From assembly GCA_965603825.1 (NCBI GenBank), contig CBFDEM010000017.1, forward strand, positions 62,001-126,000: 64,000 nt of DNA, in the 5' to 3' direction. Positions 48,117 through 60,513 of the stretch are shown here, in pieces (the stretch's first letter is position 1; each line of letters starts with the position of its first letter). Below the pieces are notes generated by a model. It saw only the letters and a list, made by a program, of their open reading frames with translations, had not been told where the DNA came from and made no database searches. A program made the position numbers and the translations under genes. This stretch comes from Blepharisma stoltei ATCC 30299 (Eukaryota; Protista; Ciliophora).

Positions 48117-48309
48117 CTAATTTATTTCCATCTCAAAATTTTTAATTTTTTTATGAATAAAACACAGTGTGTTTATTTCCTATTTAAGAGCACTAGGCTA
48201 AAGTTTCAATTTCTGGCTAAATCTTTTTTATAACGCTAAGTGCTATTTAATTGAAGTGAAATCCATTCTTAAAGGCTCAGAAAATATCTAGTAAGTTATA
48301 AAGAATAAA

Positions 48310-48915
48310 ATGTCAAAACCTGCAGAGGTTTTGGAGGAAGAAGAACTTACCAGAATATACGAATGGGTAGATTCAATACCCTTATCAAGACCAAAAAGGA
48401 ACATCGCTAGAGATTTCTCTGATGGCGTCCTCATTGCTGAAATTTTTAAACATTTTATCCCATCAATTATAGATCTCCACAATTATCCACCTGCAAATGC
48501 TGCCAGGCAAAAATTAGCAAATTGGGAAACTTTGAATAAGAAAGTGCTTAGTAGATTGGATTTTCAAATGGACGTAAGAGCTATAAATGATATAGTTAAC
48601 TGCGTTCCAGAAGCCATTGAAAAAGTTTTGAAAATCTTCAAAGAAAAAGTAAGGAATATTTAGATTGAAATTTATTTAGCTAAAAACAAGCCAAGAAATT
48701 CTATATCGCCTAAGCTAAAAAATAATGGAGATAGGCCAAGAGATGATGAAGTGCTGCCAAGTGAACTAATAGAAAAAGAAGAAATGATCCAGCAGCTCAG
48801 GGAAACCATTGAAGTTATGGAGCTTAAAATTAAGCAGCTAGAAGAAATATGCGAGATTAAGGAGGATAAAATCGCTGATCTTGAAAAAAGAAGTCAAGAA
48901 GCAGGCTTAGCTTAA
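48310..48915 (+). CDS. SPEF1: SPEF1/CLAMP-like CH-domain ciliary protein; one 15-nt intron
   Basis: WVDSIPLSRPKRNIARDFSDGVLIAEI, LHNY, NWETLNKKVL; a C-terminal coiled coil (LRETIEVMELKIKQLEE) follows the intron. Confidence 0.9.
48649..48663 (+). other. 15-nt intron GTAAGGAATATTTAG
   Basis: Phase 0 with in-frame TAG; removal adds the expected coiled coil. Confidence 0.88.
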
Positions 48916-49444
48916 ATTAAATAAAGAGATATAATTTAATTTTTCTTATAATAATAATTATCATTTAAATAATTATAGGACTAATTATTTAAAGAATTTT
49001 TATTTAAGTCTAAAACATTAATAAAGAAAGTTTTTTTATTGATTTAAGATTTGCACGTGTAAATCTAGAAATTATTATAACTTATTAAAATCGTATGAAG
49101 CTGAATACGAATAAACAATAAGAGACTGCTAAGAGCATAAAATTAGAAAAATATATATAGAAATAGAAGCTTCAATATTAAAAAATTTAAAATTAAATTA
49201 GCTCATGCTGATCCTCATATATTGAAAAGTCTTAAAAATCTTTTGAAAAAAATCATCTTTCGAAATCATGCCATTAATTCTCCTCACCATGTGTCACAAA
49301 GTTAAACCAGCAGTCCACGCTCGAAACTAAGCTAATCTCAATAATTTAATCCATTCCTAATAAATCCTAACTTGGAATTATTATAAGGATTTATTAACCC
49401 TATATTGAAATTATTGTACGGATTTATTAAATAAATACTAATGC

Positions 49445-50023
49445 TTAATCAACAGGCAGTAATTCGACTGCATGCTCTTTCTCATTATGAACCCTCAAAT
49501 GATATTTATCATATAGAATTTTTTTACAAATTTCGCATATTACCCTGTTTGATTTCTCATGGACCTGCTTTTTGTGCATTTTTAACGCATACTTATTTTT
49601 AAATCTGCATTTACACTTGTTGCATTTGGAGTTCTTATATCCAGAACTATGGATTTTTCCCATGTGTTGTTGAAACCCTTTATCTGATTTAAAAGTTTTT
49701 TGGCATAAATCGCAGTAATGTGTCATCTGGCCAGTTAATACTTGGCCATTATCATTTAAATCATGAACTGATTGGTCGTCAGCTTCTTCTAAACATTCAT
49801 TATCCTTGACGGTTCCTAAATTTTCTGGAAATTGGTTAAAACATCTCCAGCATGTGTATTCATAAGAGCCAAATGAGTGCAGACCAAGGTCGAACATTGT
49901 TGCAAACTCTAAACTGCATCTGGGGCAGGTATAAGTAAAAACATTTTGAAAACCATCGCTGTGAATAATTTGAAGAGATATTGTTTTTGGTAAAGGTTTT
50001 TCTAGAATAGTCATATTTTCCAT
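49445..50023 (-). CDS. C2H2 zinc-finger protein, about 192 aa
   Basis: Three C-terminal CxxC-x12-H-x4-H fingers plus an N-terminal finger-like motif; first ATG at 50023. Confidence 0.88.
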   Translation of the reverse strand: MENMTILEKPLPKTISLQIIHSDGFQNVFTYTCPRCSLEFATMFDLGLHSFGSYEYTCWRCFNQFPENLGTVKDNECLEEADDQSVHDLNDNGQVLTGQMTHYCDLCQKTFKSDKGFQQHMGKIHSSGYKNSKCNKCKCRFKNKYALKMHKKQVHEKSNRVICEICKKILYDKYHLRVHNEKEHAVELLPVD

Positions 50024-51806
50024 TTTTATAAAGATACCATACAAAATAGTATGGAAAGATGTAAAATCCACACTAAGCTTATCCAGCACGCATAGTAAAG
50101 CGTTGAAAGGTGGAAATTTGGAATACGCCAAAGAGAATTGTAACAAAATTTGGCTAAGGCATAGGAGATAGAGTTACAATTGCATGAATATTTTAAATTA
50201 TTGAGCATCTCTTTTTTTTATTAATTAGTATAGCAGATATTTAAATTCTGCAATTCAATTGATCCTGTGCAATATGTAATAAAGTTGGCTTCTCTAATTT
50301 TGTTACTTATAAGTTATATTAGAAATGAATAATTTATCACTATATTACCTAAGTGATATAATTATTGGAATTCTATTAGCATTGACTGTCAGCATAAGGA
50401 TTCAGCTAACAGCTATTTAATAAATCCTTAAAGATAATTTATGCAAGTTTTTTTTTTTTTTAACGCACTTAAATTTTTTAGAAATTGCCAGAAAAATTTT
50501 TTAAGACAAGGTAGATTATCCCTATTTATTGCACACAGTTTGGCTGCAGTCTTTGATGTATATTAAAAAATCATATTGCTTAAATACAAAAAGGAGAAAT
50601 TATAATTTTGTTTTATTTCTCAAAAAATAGAGTTTTTTCAATAAAATCGGATTTAAAATTTAACTCTTAATTTTTAGTTATTTCAATACGATTTAAGAAG
50701 CAAAAATCATCTCGAAAATGAATTCCATTTTCTATTAAAAATTCCAAATATTAAAAGGAATAATTTTAGCTCTGCCTATATGTAACGAACATTTTATATA
50801 CAATTATATCCAAACACTCGGAGTTATTTTTGTTTAACTCAAAATTATAATTAAATAAAAGATTAAAATTACTTGCAAAATCATAAAAATAACATTAAGT
50901 ATAAAACACTGAGATATATATGAATCTTATCTATTAAAATATAAATATAAGAAAATTTATATTTAATTCCTTATATGCTTTTATGATTAATAAAAAGTAA
51001 AGCTATTTCTTATAAATTTTTAGAAATTATTGAAATGATATAAAACGGTTTTTTAGAAAAATTCTTTCTGTAATACTTTGACTTAAATGACTTAAGCTTA
51101 ATACTTTAATAGCTTAAGCAAATTAAATATGAAATTTTTGTCCTTGGAAATTTACAAATGGACTTAACTATGAAGACTATAGAGTTTTGATAATTAATCA
51201 AAAATAGGAAACAACTGTGCTCTATTTTCCTTTTCACTTTTGCAATGAAGTTTATAGGATATTCTCTATATCTGTACAGATATTGTTTAGAATTCTAGAA
51301 TATTCTTTTTTTAAAAAGTCAACACTAAGCAAGCTCTTTTGATTTTTTTCAATAAATTTTGTTATTCTTTCTTTATATCTTGCTATATAATTTTAGCATT
51401 CCTCTCATAAATCTAAATCATCCTTATTTTCCATATTGAGATATGACGCTATAGAATATTCTAAATCTTATATCTTAATTTTTAAGCAAATTTAAAAATT
51501 TAGACTTTCTTAAATTGATCCATGCTTCAATTTTAGCTTATAAACCTTATATATAAATATAGCCAACTTATTTCCTTCTCATTAGAGATTTGCAAATCAT
51601 TATAACTGGGAAAATCTTGCTTGTAAATGGTCTCATGGCTGATAAAAAAAAACTTTGAGATCGTGATTTTCCTCCTATACCTGACCCCATCCAAAATTAC
51701 TTGGCCTGGATTCTTTTTTCACGATTGTCTCCGATAACTCAAAAAAAAAATTTTTAATTTAATTGGCTTCGTCTTGCTTGTTTTCATATGTTAAATTTTT
51801 ATTTAG

Positions 51807-52346
51807 TTAAAAGCAAGACTTAAGGTGCACCTGATAATGATATTTGTTGTATAAAACTTTGCTGCAGTGTTCGCATTCCACTTTGAACGCTTTTTCGTGG
51901 ACTTGGATCTTATGAAACTTCAATGCGTACTTACTGACAAATTTTCGGCTGCATTTCAAGCATTTAAAATTTCTTCTTTTTGTTCTATGCATCTTCCCTT
52001 GGTGCTGCTTGTAGCCTTTAAAGGTTTCAAAGGCTCTGTTGCAGACTTTACAGAAGTATTGGCCTGTTGCCAAATTCGAATTGTTTTCTGAAGGAATTGC
52101 TTCTATTGAATCTGAGAGCGTTTTGGTGAAGGAGTTATCTCTAGGTAGGTCTTGGCTGGAACTTATATGGTAAGCTTGAGTTCCTGTGGGAGGATTTAAA
52201 TGCAGCCCTTTTTCATAAGAGCTATTAAAGCATAAGCCACAATAAACACATGCATTTGGCGAAGAGGTTTCAAAGCCCACATCAGTAGGACAATTGAAAA
52301 ACACTGGAGAAGGGAGGCTTTTTTTGGCATGGAAAAGTGCAAACAT
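51807..52346 (-). CDS. C2H2 zinc-finger protein, 179 aa (paralog of 49445-50023)
   Basis: CKVCNRAFETFKGYKQHQGKMH, KYALKFHKIQVHEK, CEHCSKVLYNKYHYQVH. Confidence 0.88.
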   Translation of the reverse strand: MFALFHAKKSLPSPVFFNCPTDVGFETSSPNACVYCGLCFNSSYEKGLHLNPPTGTQAYHISSSQDLPRDNSFTKTLSDSIEAIPSENNSNLATGQYFCKVCNRAFETFKGYKQHQGKMHRTKRRNFKCLKCSRKFVSKYALKFHKIQVHEKAFKVECEHCSKVLYNKYHYQVHLKSCF

Positions 52347-53547
52347 TTATTTTTTATAATTATTCATTAAATATGTCAATTATTATTGCGAATAAACAAT
52401 TTGTGCGATTATGGCACATCATATTATTATTTTTCATTGAGGCCGATATGAATATTTGGAATTTCTCAATACAGTGCAGGGTTCGAATGCTAAAATTGAA
52501 TATGGATAAAAATTTTTAAGAAAAAAATGGACATATCGTCTTATGTTATCAGTATTTTTATTTTTGTAAGAGTAATTTCGTTAAATCTAAGCTCGATTTT
52601 TATAGAATTTTAGTTTATTATATTAAATAAATTAATATACACAAATCCTAATGTAGACAAGTCTCGAAAAAATAAGTTAAACTGTTCCTCTAAATTTTCA
52701 TAAATGAAGAAGCAGCTAGCTATTTAAGTTTAAGCTAAACAACAGTACTTCTTCAGGCTGAAAGCATAATATATAAATTAAAATCCATGAAAAAGCTATA
52801 AAAATAATTTTTTATAATTTTAAAATTCTCATAATATTTTTATTATACACAAAATTGCAATTTTAATAAAATTTCTACTTTATTCGCCTGGCTCCTCAAA
52901 AATATTAAATGCGCTATAGTTCAAAACTAAGCGATAGTAATAAATTCAAGTTGCAGTTTTAATTTTTGAGTAGTTTTATATACTTTTGGGAGATCTGTAA
53001 CTCTCGAGCACCATCAAAATATAAAAATAGAAGATAAAATAAAACTGCCTAGGCTCTTCCCCATAAGATCTGTTCTAGTAAAATTTATATTCTTGGTATC
53101 TTAAAATAATCTAATTAAATATCCCAAGCGTTGGCCTGAGAGTATCATGCTATATCTAATTAAGTGCCCTATAGCTAATTATTATTTCATTTTTAAATTG
53201 TTTTATATGTCCATTTATTATAATTTTAACCGAATTAAAAATTTCTCGAAGTTTTTAAGAAAACGTATATGGCTTCTATATTAACTATATAATTAAAACT
53301 ACAAATTGAAAAATATTTCAAAAATATTTTTTAAAACATTTTTTCAAAAAATAACAACAAACTGATATCTATCAGACTTGCTTTAAAAATTAAAAATTTC
53401 AAAATTTTTACTTCGATTTGAATTTTTATTATTTATTATTCAATCAATAAATGGAGAAATTTTCCTTAAATCAAATCAATAAAAATTTTTATAAAATCAA
53501 TACTTTTAGTATAAAAATTTCGCACATAGGCTAATAGACTCAAAATA

Positions 53548-54048
53548 TTATTCTTTATCAAATTCAATGTAACCTGCCAATTCTTCATGGACTGATTCAA
53601 TTTGTTGTTTTAAAATGATTTTTGGCTTCACACACTCTCTTTTCTTTAATATTACATCTAAGGCTTCTCTATATGACCAGCCTTTCGCTGCCATGTAGTA
53701 GGCAATGACTACTGAGACACTTCGATTTCGTCCGAACTTACAATGGACCAGCACTTTCTCTCCACGGCACACTACTTTGTGGATAAATTTCAAAGATTCT
53801 TGGATAGCTGGGATAATTGTGTAGTTTTTTCCTCTAGGAACTGGAACCGAACAGTAATTGAATGCCGCTCGAAATTCCGTAGGGGTAGGGACTGTGAAGA
53901 GCTCAACTATATGAGTGATCCCGCTGCGTTTTAGGTTCTGATAGTCTTCTGCACTTGTATAGTCTCCAATATAGATATGCTCATCTATTTCATGCATACT
54001 TGGAGACCCTGTTGCAGATTTCATGGGATCGGAATGGTGAAATTGCAT
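53548..54048 (-). CDS. Dual-specificity protein phosphatase (atypical), 166 aa
   Basis: VLVHCKFGRNRS catalytic loop, AYYM, IYIGD, GITHIV. Confidence 0.88.
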   Translation of the reverse strand: MQFHHSDPMKSATGSPSMHEIDEHIYIGDYTSAEDYQNLKRSGITHIVELFTVPTPTEFRAAFNYCSVPVPRGKNYTIIPAIQESLKFIHKVVCRGEKVLVHCKFGRNRSVSVVIAYYMAAKGWSYREALDVILKKRECVKPKIILKQQIESVHEELAGYIEFDKE

Positions 54049-54619
54049 ATTTACTAATTCTGGTGGTGAAAATTTTAATTTCGGAATGAAATGAATTTAG
54101 GGTATTTCAAACTTAAAATTGATGAGAGCTCAAGAATTTCCCAATTTAAATCTTTTGAAACTGCTTATTATATATTGAATTTTGAAATAATTCAAAAATA
54201 TCAAGGCACTTATTTTCAGTAAACTCAAATATTGTTATGGCAAAGAATGAATATCATATTTTGGATTCCATAAAATATTTTAAATCAATCATATAAGTGG
54301 ATATCAATTAACAGCAAGCCTGGTATTTTTTATTAGTTTTAATAGAACATTCTTTTTGTAAGGAAAAAATTTATGTAAAAGTCAAAAAATCTCAAAAGCA
54401 AAAAAGGAAAAAAGGCAACGATTGGAATATTAAATTTTAAATAAATTAATATTTTAAGCAGAAAAGTCAAAATTAGAAGTTTGCGTGTCTTTGATATTTT
54501 TGAAATGTGTGGTTGCAATATGGCTTATTGTGAGTTTCACTTAATAAAGAAGACTTCAATATGAAATATAGTAGATTATTAATAAATTTATTTTGCAAGC
54601 AAATCATAATTTATTACCT

Positions 54620-55119
54620 TTAGTACTTTTTTCTTGGTGGATTTTTTATCAATACTTGCTATAAAGAAATTTCCAACAAATTTTGCAAATGATCTTATTC
54701 GATGCATTTTAAGAGATTACTTATTTTGAACCTCTTAATCTTTCCCATACTGCTTATTTAAACCTTTGAATGATGCAAAAAATCAGCTTCAAACTGAGCA
54801 TATTTTCTTTCAGCTTTGTTTATCTAGGGTTGACTGAAATTGGCTCAGATTAATGTTTTACGGTTCATTGGAAGCTTTAATTTGTTCAGAAGCTTTATCA
54901 AATGCTAGATCATGAGGAAACAAAATTTTATGATAAATTGATTGTGGTTTGGGTTGTAAAAAATCACGAAGCGTCAGAAGAGCCTCTAAATTTTAGACTA
55001 CAAGAGCGGCATGAGTAGTCTGAGCGAGATTTTAGAGTATATGAGCGTAATAACTTAATGGCTATGGGCGATGGCAGTTTTTTTCTTTGAGGATGAGGTT
55101 TCACAATATTATATTTCAT
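54620..55119 (-). pseudogene. Decayed third copy of the C2H2 zinc-finger family
   Basis: Fragments in shifting frames: KKLPSPI, YSCRSCSLKF, ICSVWSWFFASFKGLNKQYGK, NK*SLKMH, IICKICWKFLYSKYW*KIHQEK. Confidence 0.75.
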
Positions 55120-55550
55120 ATATCGGTTTTAATAGTTCTTATATATATTTTATAAATGTAGAGCTTATTAATAAGAGTTGCAATCATCACTATTATTAAT
55201 CAAATTTAAAATTTAATAATGTATATTAGTTTAATAATAATTGAAATTAGAAGGTATCATTGAATTTATTGACTTCTATGTTTTTATAGCTCTAAAAATT
55301 ATTTAAAACAGCTTTTATAAAATTTTCTCTAATAAAAATGAAGGAATGTTTTATTAGTCTAAAAATATAAAATATTCAAGAAAATGCAATTATTATTAAA
55401 ATTTGACCTAGTTTAATATTTTGGTTTCAATAATTTTAAAGAATAATTAAAACTTTTTCAAAAGATATAAATATTCACTTTCTGATTTTTTAAAATATTT
55501 CCATAATTCATGTCCAATAGCAATAAATCTTATTATATACTTACTTGAGA

Positions 55551-57200
55551 ATGGCTTTTTTCAAGATACATTTGACAGAAAAAGTGAAAGGGATTCTATT
55601 AGTTGTTGGATTTGGAGCGTTGGCATTTGCTAGCTATCTAACCAGAACTCATTTAACATCAAAATTCAATTTTAAAAAAACCAAGAAACCGAACCAAAGC
55701 AAAATTCAATTTAAAACCATAATTGAAAATCTATCAAAACTCCCTCATATCTCCTCAGAATTCGAAAAAGATGTTCTTTTTGATTCTCTTTTTGAGTTGC
55801 GAGTTGCCTTAGATAAGTACGAAATTTCAAGTGAGGAGCTGCTCATCACTTACTTTCACAGGCTAAAAAAAGCACTAAAGCATAATTGCATTAGTGATTT
55901 AAGCCTAGAACAAGCTTTACTTCAAGCTAAAATTCTTGATAGAGAGCTCAAATATGAAACTAAGAGGGGAATATTCCATGGAATTCCCATCAGTGTAAAA
56001 GAAAATATTTCAGTCAGAGGAATGAAATCATCAATTTGTAATAAAAATCTTGTATATACACAAGACTCCTTAATAATAGAAGCTTTACGCCAACAAGGTG
56101 CTATTTTTTATATCTCAGGATCTATGCCAGAAGACATAAGACTCTATGAAACTGATAATTCCTTTACTGGAAAAGCTACTAATCCTTTTTCTCATTATCG
56201 CACCACTGGTGATTCAAGTGATGCTGCTTTAATTGTTTTAGGCTGCGCACCTTTAACTATAAGCTCAGATTTAAATGGCAGTATTAGAGTTTCTGCTTCA
56301 TATTGTGGGCTTTTCGGGCTGAGAGCGACGTCTAAAAGAATTTCCCAACTTGGGCAGGATGGGCTTTTTAAAGATTTTCCTGGCTTATCAGTTGGGATTG
56401 GACCTATGGGAAAATCGACAGATGATTGTGCAGCGTTTATGAAAGCTGTTTGCAGTGATTATGTTTATCAGAGAGATATGAGCATACCAAGAATTCCATG
56501 GGATGAAAAAGCGTATAAAGACTCAAGAAAACTAAAAATCGGGTATATTGAAAGTAATAAATATTGACCTTTGCCAAGCTGTATGGAAGCAGCTATCTAT
56601 ATCGCCAAAGTGGCTTTAGAAGACCACGAATTTGTTAAAATAGAGCTACCTGATATGGAAACAATAAACGAGCTATTCTCAAGTATTTTTATGAGCTCAA
56701 ATGATGCCAATATTTACCCAAAAAAAGCTAAATCGTTGACCCACCACGAAAAAGACTCATTTTTGTCAAAATCAGCCAATTTACATAGCAGTCACGACTA
56801 TGTAAAAAATTTAATAAAAATTGAAAAAATAAAACAAGAATTTTTCAAAAAATGGGCTCAAGAAGGAATTGATGTTATCATTGCGCCATATCCAGTGCCT
56901 GCAACAATTCTTGACTCTTGTGAAGATTTATTCCCTTCGTTTGCTTACGTCACGTTTTTTAATTTGCTAGACTGTCCAGCAGGCAATGTTCCTGTTGATT
57001 GTGTAAGACAGAATGAGCAAATATATGAGGAAACGAGCGAAAAATGGACCAAAGTTATGAAAGATAATATGAGAAATAGCATTGGAATGCCACTTGGAGT
57101 TCAGGTTATAGCACCACCTTATAGAGAAGAATTGTGCTTAAATGTAATGAAGCAGATTGAAGAGAAAACTTTGTTCTGGAAGAAAGTTAATATTAATTAA
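55551..57200 (+). CDS. Amidase signature family protein (FAAH-like) with N-terminal TM
   Basis: HGIPISVKEN, NPF...TTGDSS, SDLNGSIRVSASYCGLFG, GMPLGVQVI; joined across TGA 56565. Confidence 0.88.
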
Positions 57201-57642
57201 TATTATTTCTTCTCTGGTATAAAAATTTATTCTGATTTAAATATAATTGCAATAATACTTAGACATTATAAAGAAGAGGAGAATTAAACTCTAAATCTTA
57301 AAATTATTTGAGAATGGAAAGATGAAAAGAGTTAAAGAATGATGGCTGCTATTTTTTCCCTCTTTTTGTTCGAAAATTTAGATATGCATTTATTTTAGCA
57401 TCTAAGATGAATTCCCGAATTTTATTACTATTTATCGCTATCCTAAGTGCTTTTTTATTTTCAATTTTTTATTTGAATAAAATTATCATAGGCAACAATA
57501 AAGACCTAATTTCTTTTTGTGATTACTTTCAATCTAAATGGCTTATATATTGTGAGCCATCTCTCATGCTGTTTTAATTTACTTAAAATTTATATTTTTC
57601 ATTCTATCTAATTCATCCATTTTGCTATATTGATTATCTCAT

Positions 57643-58347
57643 ATGGACCAAGTTGAAAATCAAATTGCTTTACAATTCATTGGTGATTTTTCCAATAGAA
57701 CTTCAGAAAAAATCCTCAATGAAATTGTAAATTCGGTAATTGATTCTTCAGGGCTGGTTTCCAGCGTGCTGAATAGTCTGATGCCAAAGATTGGCGAGAA
57801 ATTCAAGAGCACAGTAAATGAGTGCTTAAACTCAGAAATGAACAAATTTGAACAGATTAAAGAACGAAATTTAATTGACATAAATGAAAACCAAGAAAAA
57901 CATGAACTTTTATTAGAACAAATTGGAAACGACTTACTTTCGATTAGCCTTGCAATTGGATTCGACAAATTAGATGGAGAAGGGGAAAGGAAAAATATTG
58001 AAAAGTCAGCCAAAAAAGGAGCTGCGCTGACTCAAGACTATGAAGCTGTGATAAATAGAATTCTAAAAGGCAAAGATAAGGAAGTAATAAAAAGGAAGCT
58101 AAATGAACTAAATTTAGAAGAAGTAATGGGCAAAAACTTAACTGAAAATACTTATTATGACTTAGCTGATGAACTAATTAATTTGGCAAAAGAAGGCGAC
58201 CAAAACTCTGCACTATGACTAGAAAAAATATGTAGAGTAATCCCAATCACCCAGAGCAAGCGAAAACAAGATTTTTTTAAAAAGATTTTATTTTCTAACG
58301 AAGAAGGATTCGAAAAGTACCAAGAAATTTTATTCCAACGACTATAA
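57643..58347 (+). CDS. Hypothetical helical protein, about 234 aa
   Basis: ORF extends past TGA 58216 to TAA 58345-58347. Confidence 0.65.
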
Positions 58348-58380
58348 TCATTTTTATAATTTTTTAATTGAACAATTTAC

Positions 58381-59115
58381 TTATAATTCCGTAACAACTT
58401 TTACATTTTTAATTTCACTTTTGTTCAAATACCAAGGCGGTTCTGTTTTTTTCTCAGGCTCCTTATTCACTTCTTCATACATATCTTCAAGCTCCATATC
58501 CAGCTGGTCTTCTTCTACATCGACTTTATAGCTTGCCAGCTCATCCTTGATTTCTTCTACTTCTTCTATCACATTTTTCGTTTCTTCTAAAATTTCGAGA
58601 GCTTTTTGCTCTTCTTCTTTTTTATTCCTATCCAAAATAATCCTCATACCTAATGCTTGCTTTACAAGTCCTTTGATTCCTAAGTCGAAAGTTTTCTGCT
58701 CCAAAGAAAATTGCTTTGTAATTAGAGTGTCCATTTGTTTTTCGTATACAAGGCGCTGAGATTTTTTTTCTTTGAGGCGCTTTTGGTAAGAGGATTTTAA
58801 GGATCCTTTGGAATTTTCTATATCTTTGGATAATTTGGTGATTTCTTTATCATAGTCAGAAATTTTTTCTTTCAAAGATTTGATACTGTTATCAACCTCT
58901 AATGATGGAAAAGAATTTGGAATTAAAGATAATCGAGGATTAGTTGCAGTTGGCGAAGGGTTTGGAGGCATTGATGGGTTTAAATCATCTGTATTGATAG
59001 GTGCTAGTGATGATGGCATCATTGAGCATCGGGGCTGACTTACTTTGGGTGATGCAGGTAAAGGCTCAGGAGAATCAGCCCGATTTTTTTTCTTTTTGCT
59101 GAAAAATCCTTTCAT
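58381..59115 (-). CDS. Divergent Snf7/ESCRT-III protein (CHMP5/Vps60-like)
   Basis: KEKISDYDKEI...QRLVYEKQMDTL...QFSLEQ and acidic DVEEDQLDMELED. Confidence 0.6.
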   Translation of the reverse strand: MKGFFSKKKKNRADSPEPLPASPKVSQPRCSMMPSSLAPINTDDLNPSMPPNPSPTATNPRLSLIPNSFPSLEVDNSIKSLKEKISDYDKEITKLSKDIENSKGSLKSSYQKRLKEKKSQRLVYEKQMDTLITKQFSLEQKTFDLGIKGLVKQALGMRIILDRNKKEEEQKALEILEETKNVIEEVEEIKDELASYKVDVEEDQLDMELEDMYEEVNKEPEKKTEPPWYLNKSEIKNVKVVTEL

Positions 59116-59458
59116 GTTTTATGGGAGAGTGTTTTATTATATAAACTGAGAAATTGCATCTTCTTTTTTAAGAGTAGATTGGTAAAGGATAAAATCCCAA
59201 TAAGAATAAAGATATAAGAAAATTTAAAGATAAATAAAAACTTAAAAGATATCTTTGTTACATATTTTGCATTTTAAACAAACCTTTTGGAGAAAATCTT
59301 TTATTATATTGCTGGCTTTAAATTAGTGCAGGCTCTGATACAGTGGTCAATTGTGATAATAATTCTCTTTAAATTTATAATTATCAATTAATTATGAGTT
59401 AACATATGATAAAATTTATTCATATTTTCCAAAAAATTAAATATAAAAAAAAGCGGGA

Positions 59459-59932
59459 ATGTCATCACTTGAAAATCTCAACCCTATTCAAATCATCCAA
59501 TATCTTTTAGACGGCTTTGATTGTGGGCTCAATTCAGTCCAAATAGGCCTTGCTAAAACAATGGAAGCTTTAAAAGTCCCAGCAAACAAAATCGACGAAG
59601 TCCTTGCAGCTCTCAAAAGCAAAATCGAAATTAACACTGAGTCCAGCAGCAGGATTTTTACAGAGCTTTTAATGAAAGAAGTTTTTTCTGAATATTCCTC
59701 AGCTGAAGAAGAAATAAATAAGTCGTCCTCTATTGACAAAAATTTAGTTGATGAAGCCCGTATGCTGCATATGCAGCTTTATAATGAAAAATATAAAAAT
59801 TTGAAATTAAAGCAGGATATTCAAGTAGCTGATATGCATGTAGAAGAGCTAAGGATAATAACTCAGGATTGACCAGATGAACAACAGCTAAATGAGGTTG
59901 AAGACCAGCTTTTAGCTGTTTTAAATAATTAA
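59459..59932 (+). CDS. Hypothetical protein, about 157 aa
   Basis: ORF extends past TGA 59870 to TAA 59930-59932. Confidence 0.6.
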
Positions 59933-60513
59933 TAAGTTTTGCGAGGTTAAATTTATGCTATAGTGTCTTTTTGCATAAATTTTTTAATATGAATTAAGAA
60001 AATGAAGAACATAATTTTATTAGCTTTATTTTTTATTATTTTAGCTTCTTTAATACATGTTTCCAAAATCATCTTAATACTAATCTTAATAATCATTACA
60101 AAAGAAATTTTTGTAGGCTTCCAACAAAAAATTTTATCAATTGCTTTTCAGCACCACCAGGTGCAGCCTTACACTGTGCTATTTCTTTTGGGCAAAAATT
60201 TGTATTACTATGAAAGAGTAAAATAGGATAGGCCACACGGTACCGCTAGGGCGCAATCAAGCAGTTTAACTATTTTGATATTTAAAAAAATGCTAAAACG
60301 TTATTTATTGATTTCTGATAAATACTTGATTAAGATTTAATAGAAATAAATATAAGTGCCTGATATATAAATTTTCAAGCTTTGCCTCTTAGATTTTATA
60401 AATGTCTATAATTATTCAAAACATTACTAGCCAAATTTAAAATGGTAAAATTTCTATAATTTTCTTAAAAGTAAGCTGCTAAGACATATATAAAATATAT
60501 TTTATTATATTAA

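Noticed and set aside
51268-51283. 16-bp palindrome ATATCTGTACAGATAT
   Set aside because: AT-rich and short enough to arise by chance in 64 kb.
52478-52492. GGTTCGAAT B-box/T-loop-like motif (tRNA?)
   Set aside because: No T-stem, acceptor stem or cloverleaf around it.
54984-55040. Stem-loop TTAGACTAC/GTAGTCTGA with a downstream T-run (ncRNA?)
   Set aside because: It lies within the antisense C2H2 pseudogene, which explains the local GC content.
57407-57577. Short ORF with a hydrophobic N-terminus
   Set aside because: About 56 aa in T-rich sequence with no recognisable motif.
60002-60226. 74-aa hydrophobic ORF
   Set aside because: Low-complexity AT-rich sequence giving Ile/Leu runs; no support.
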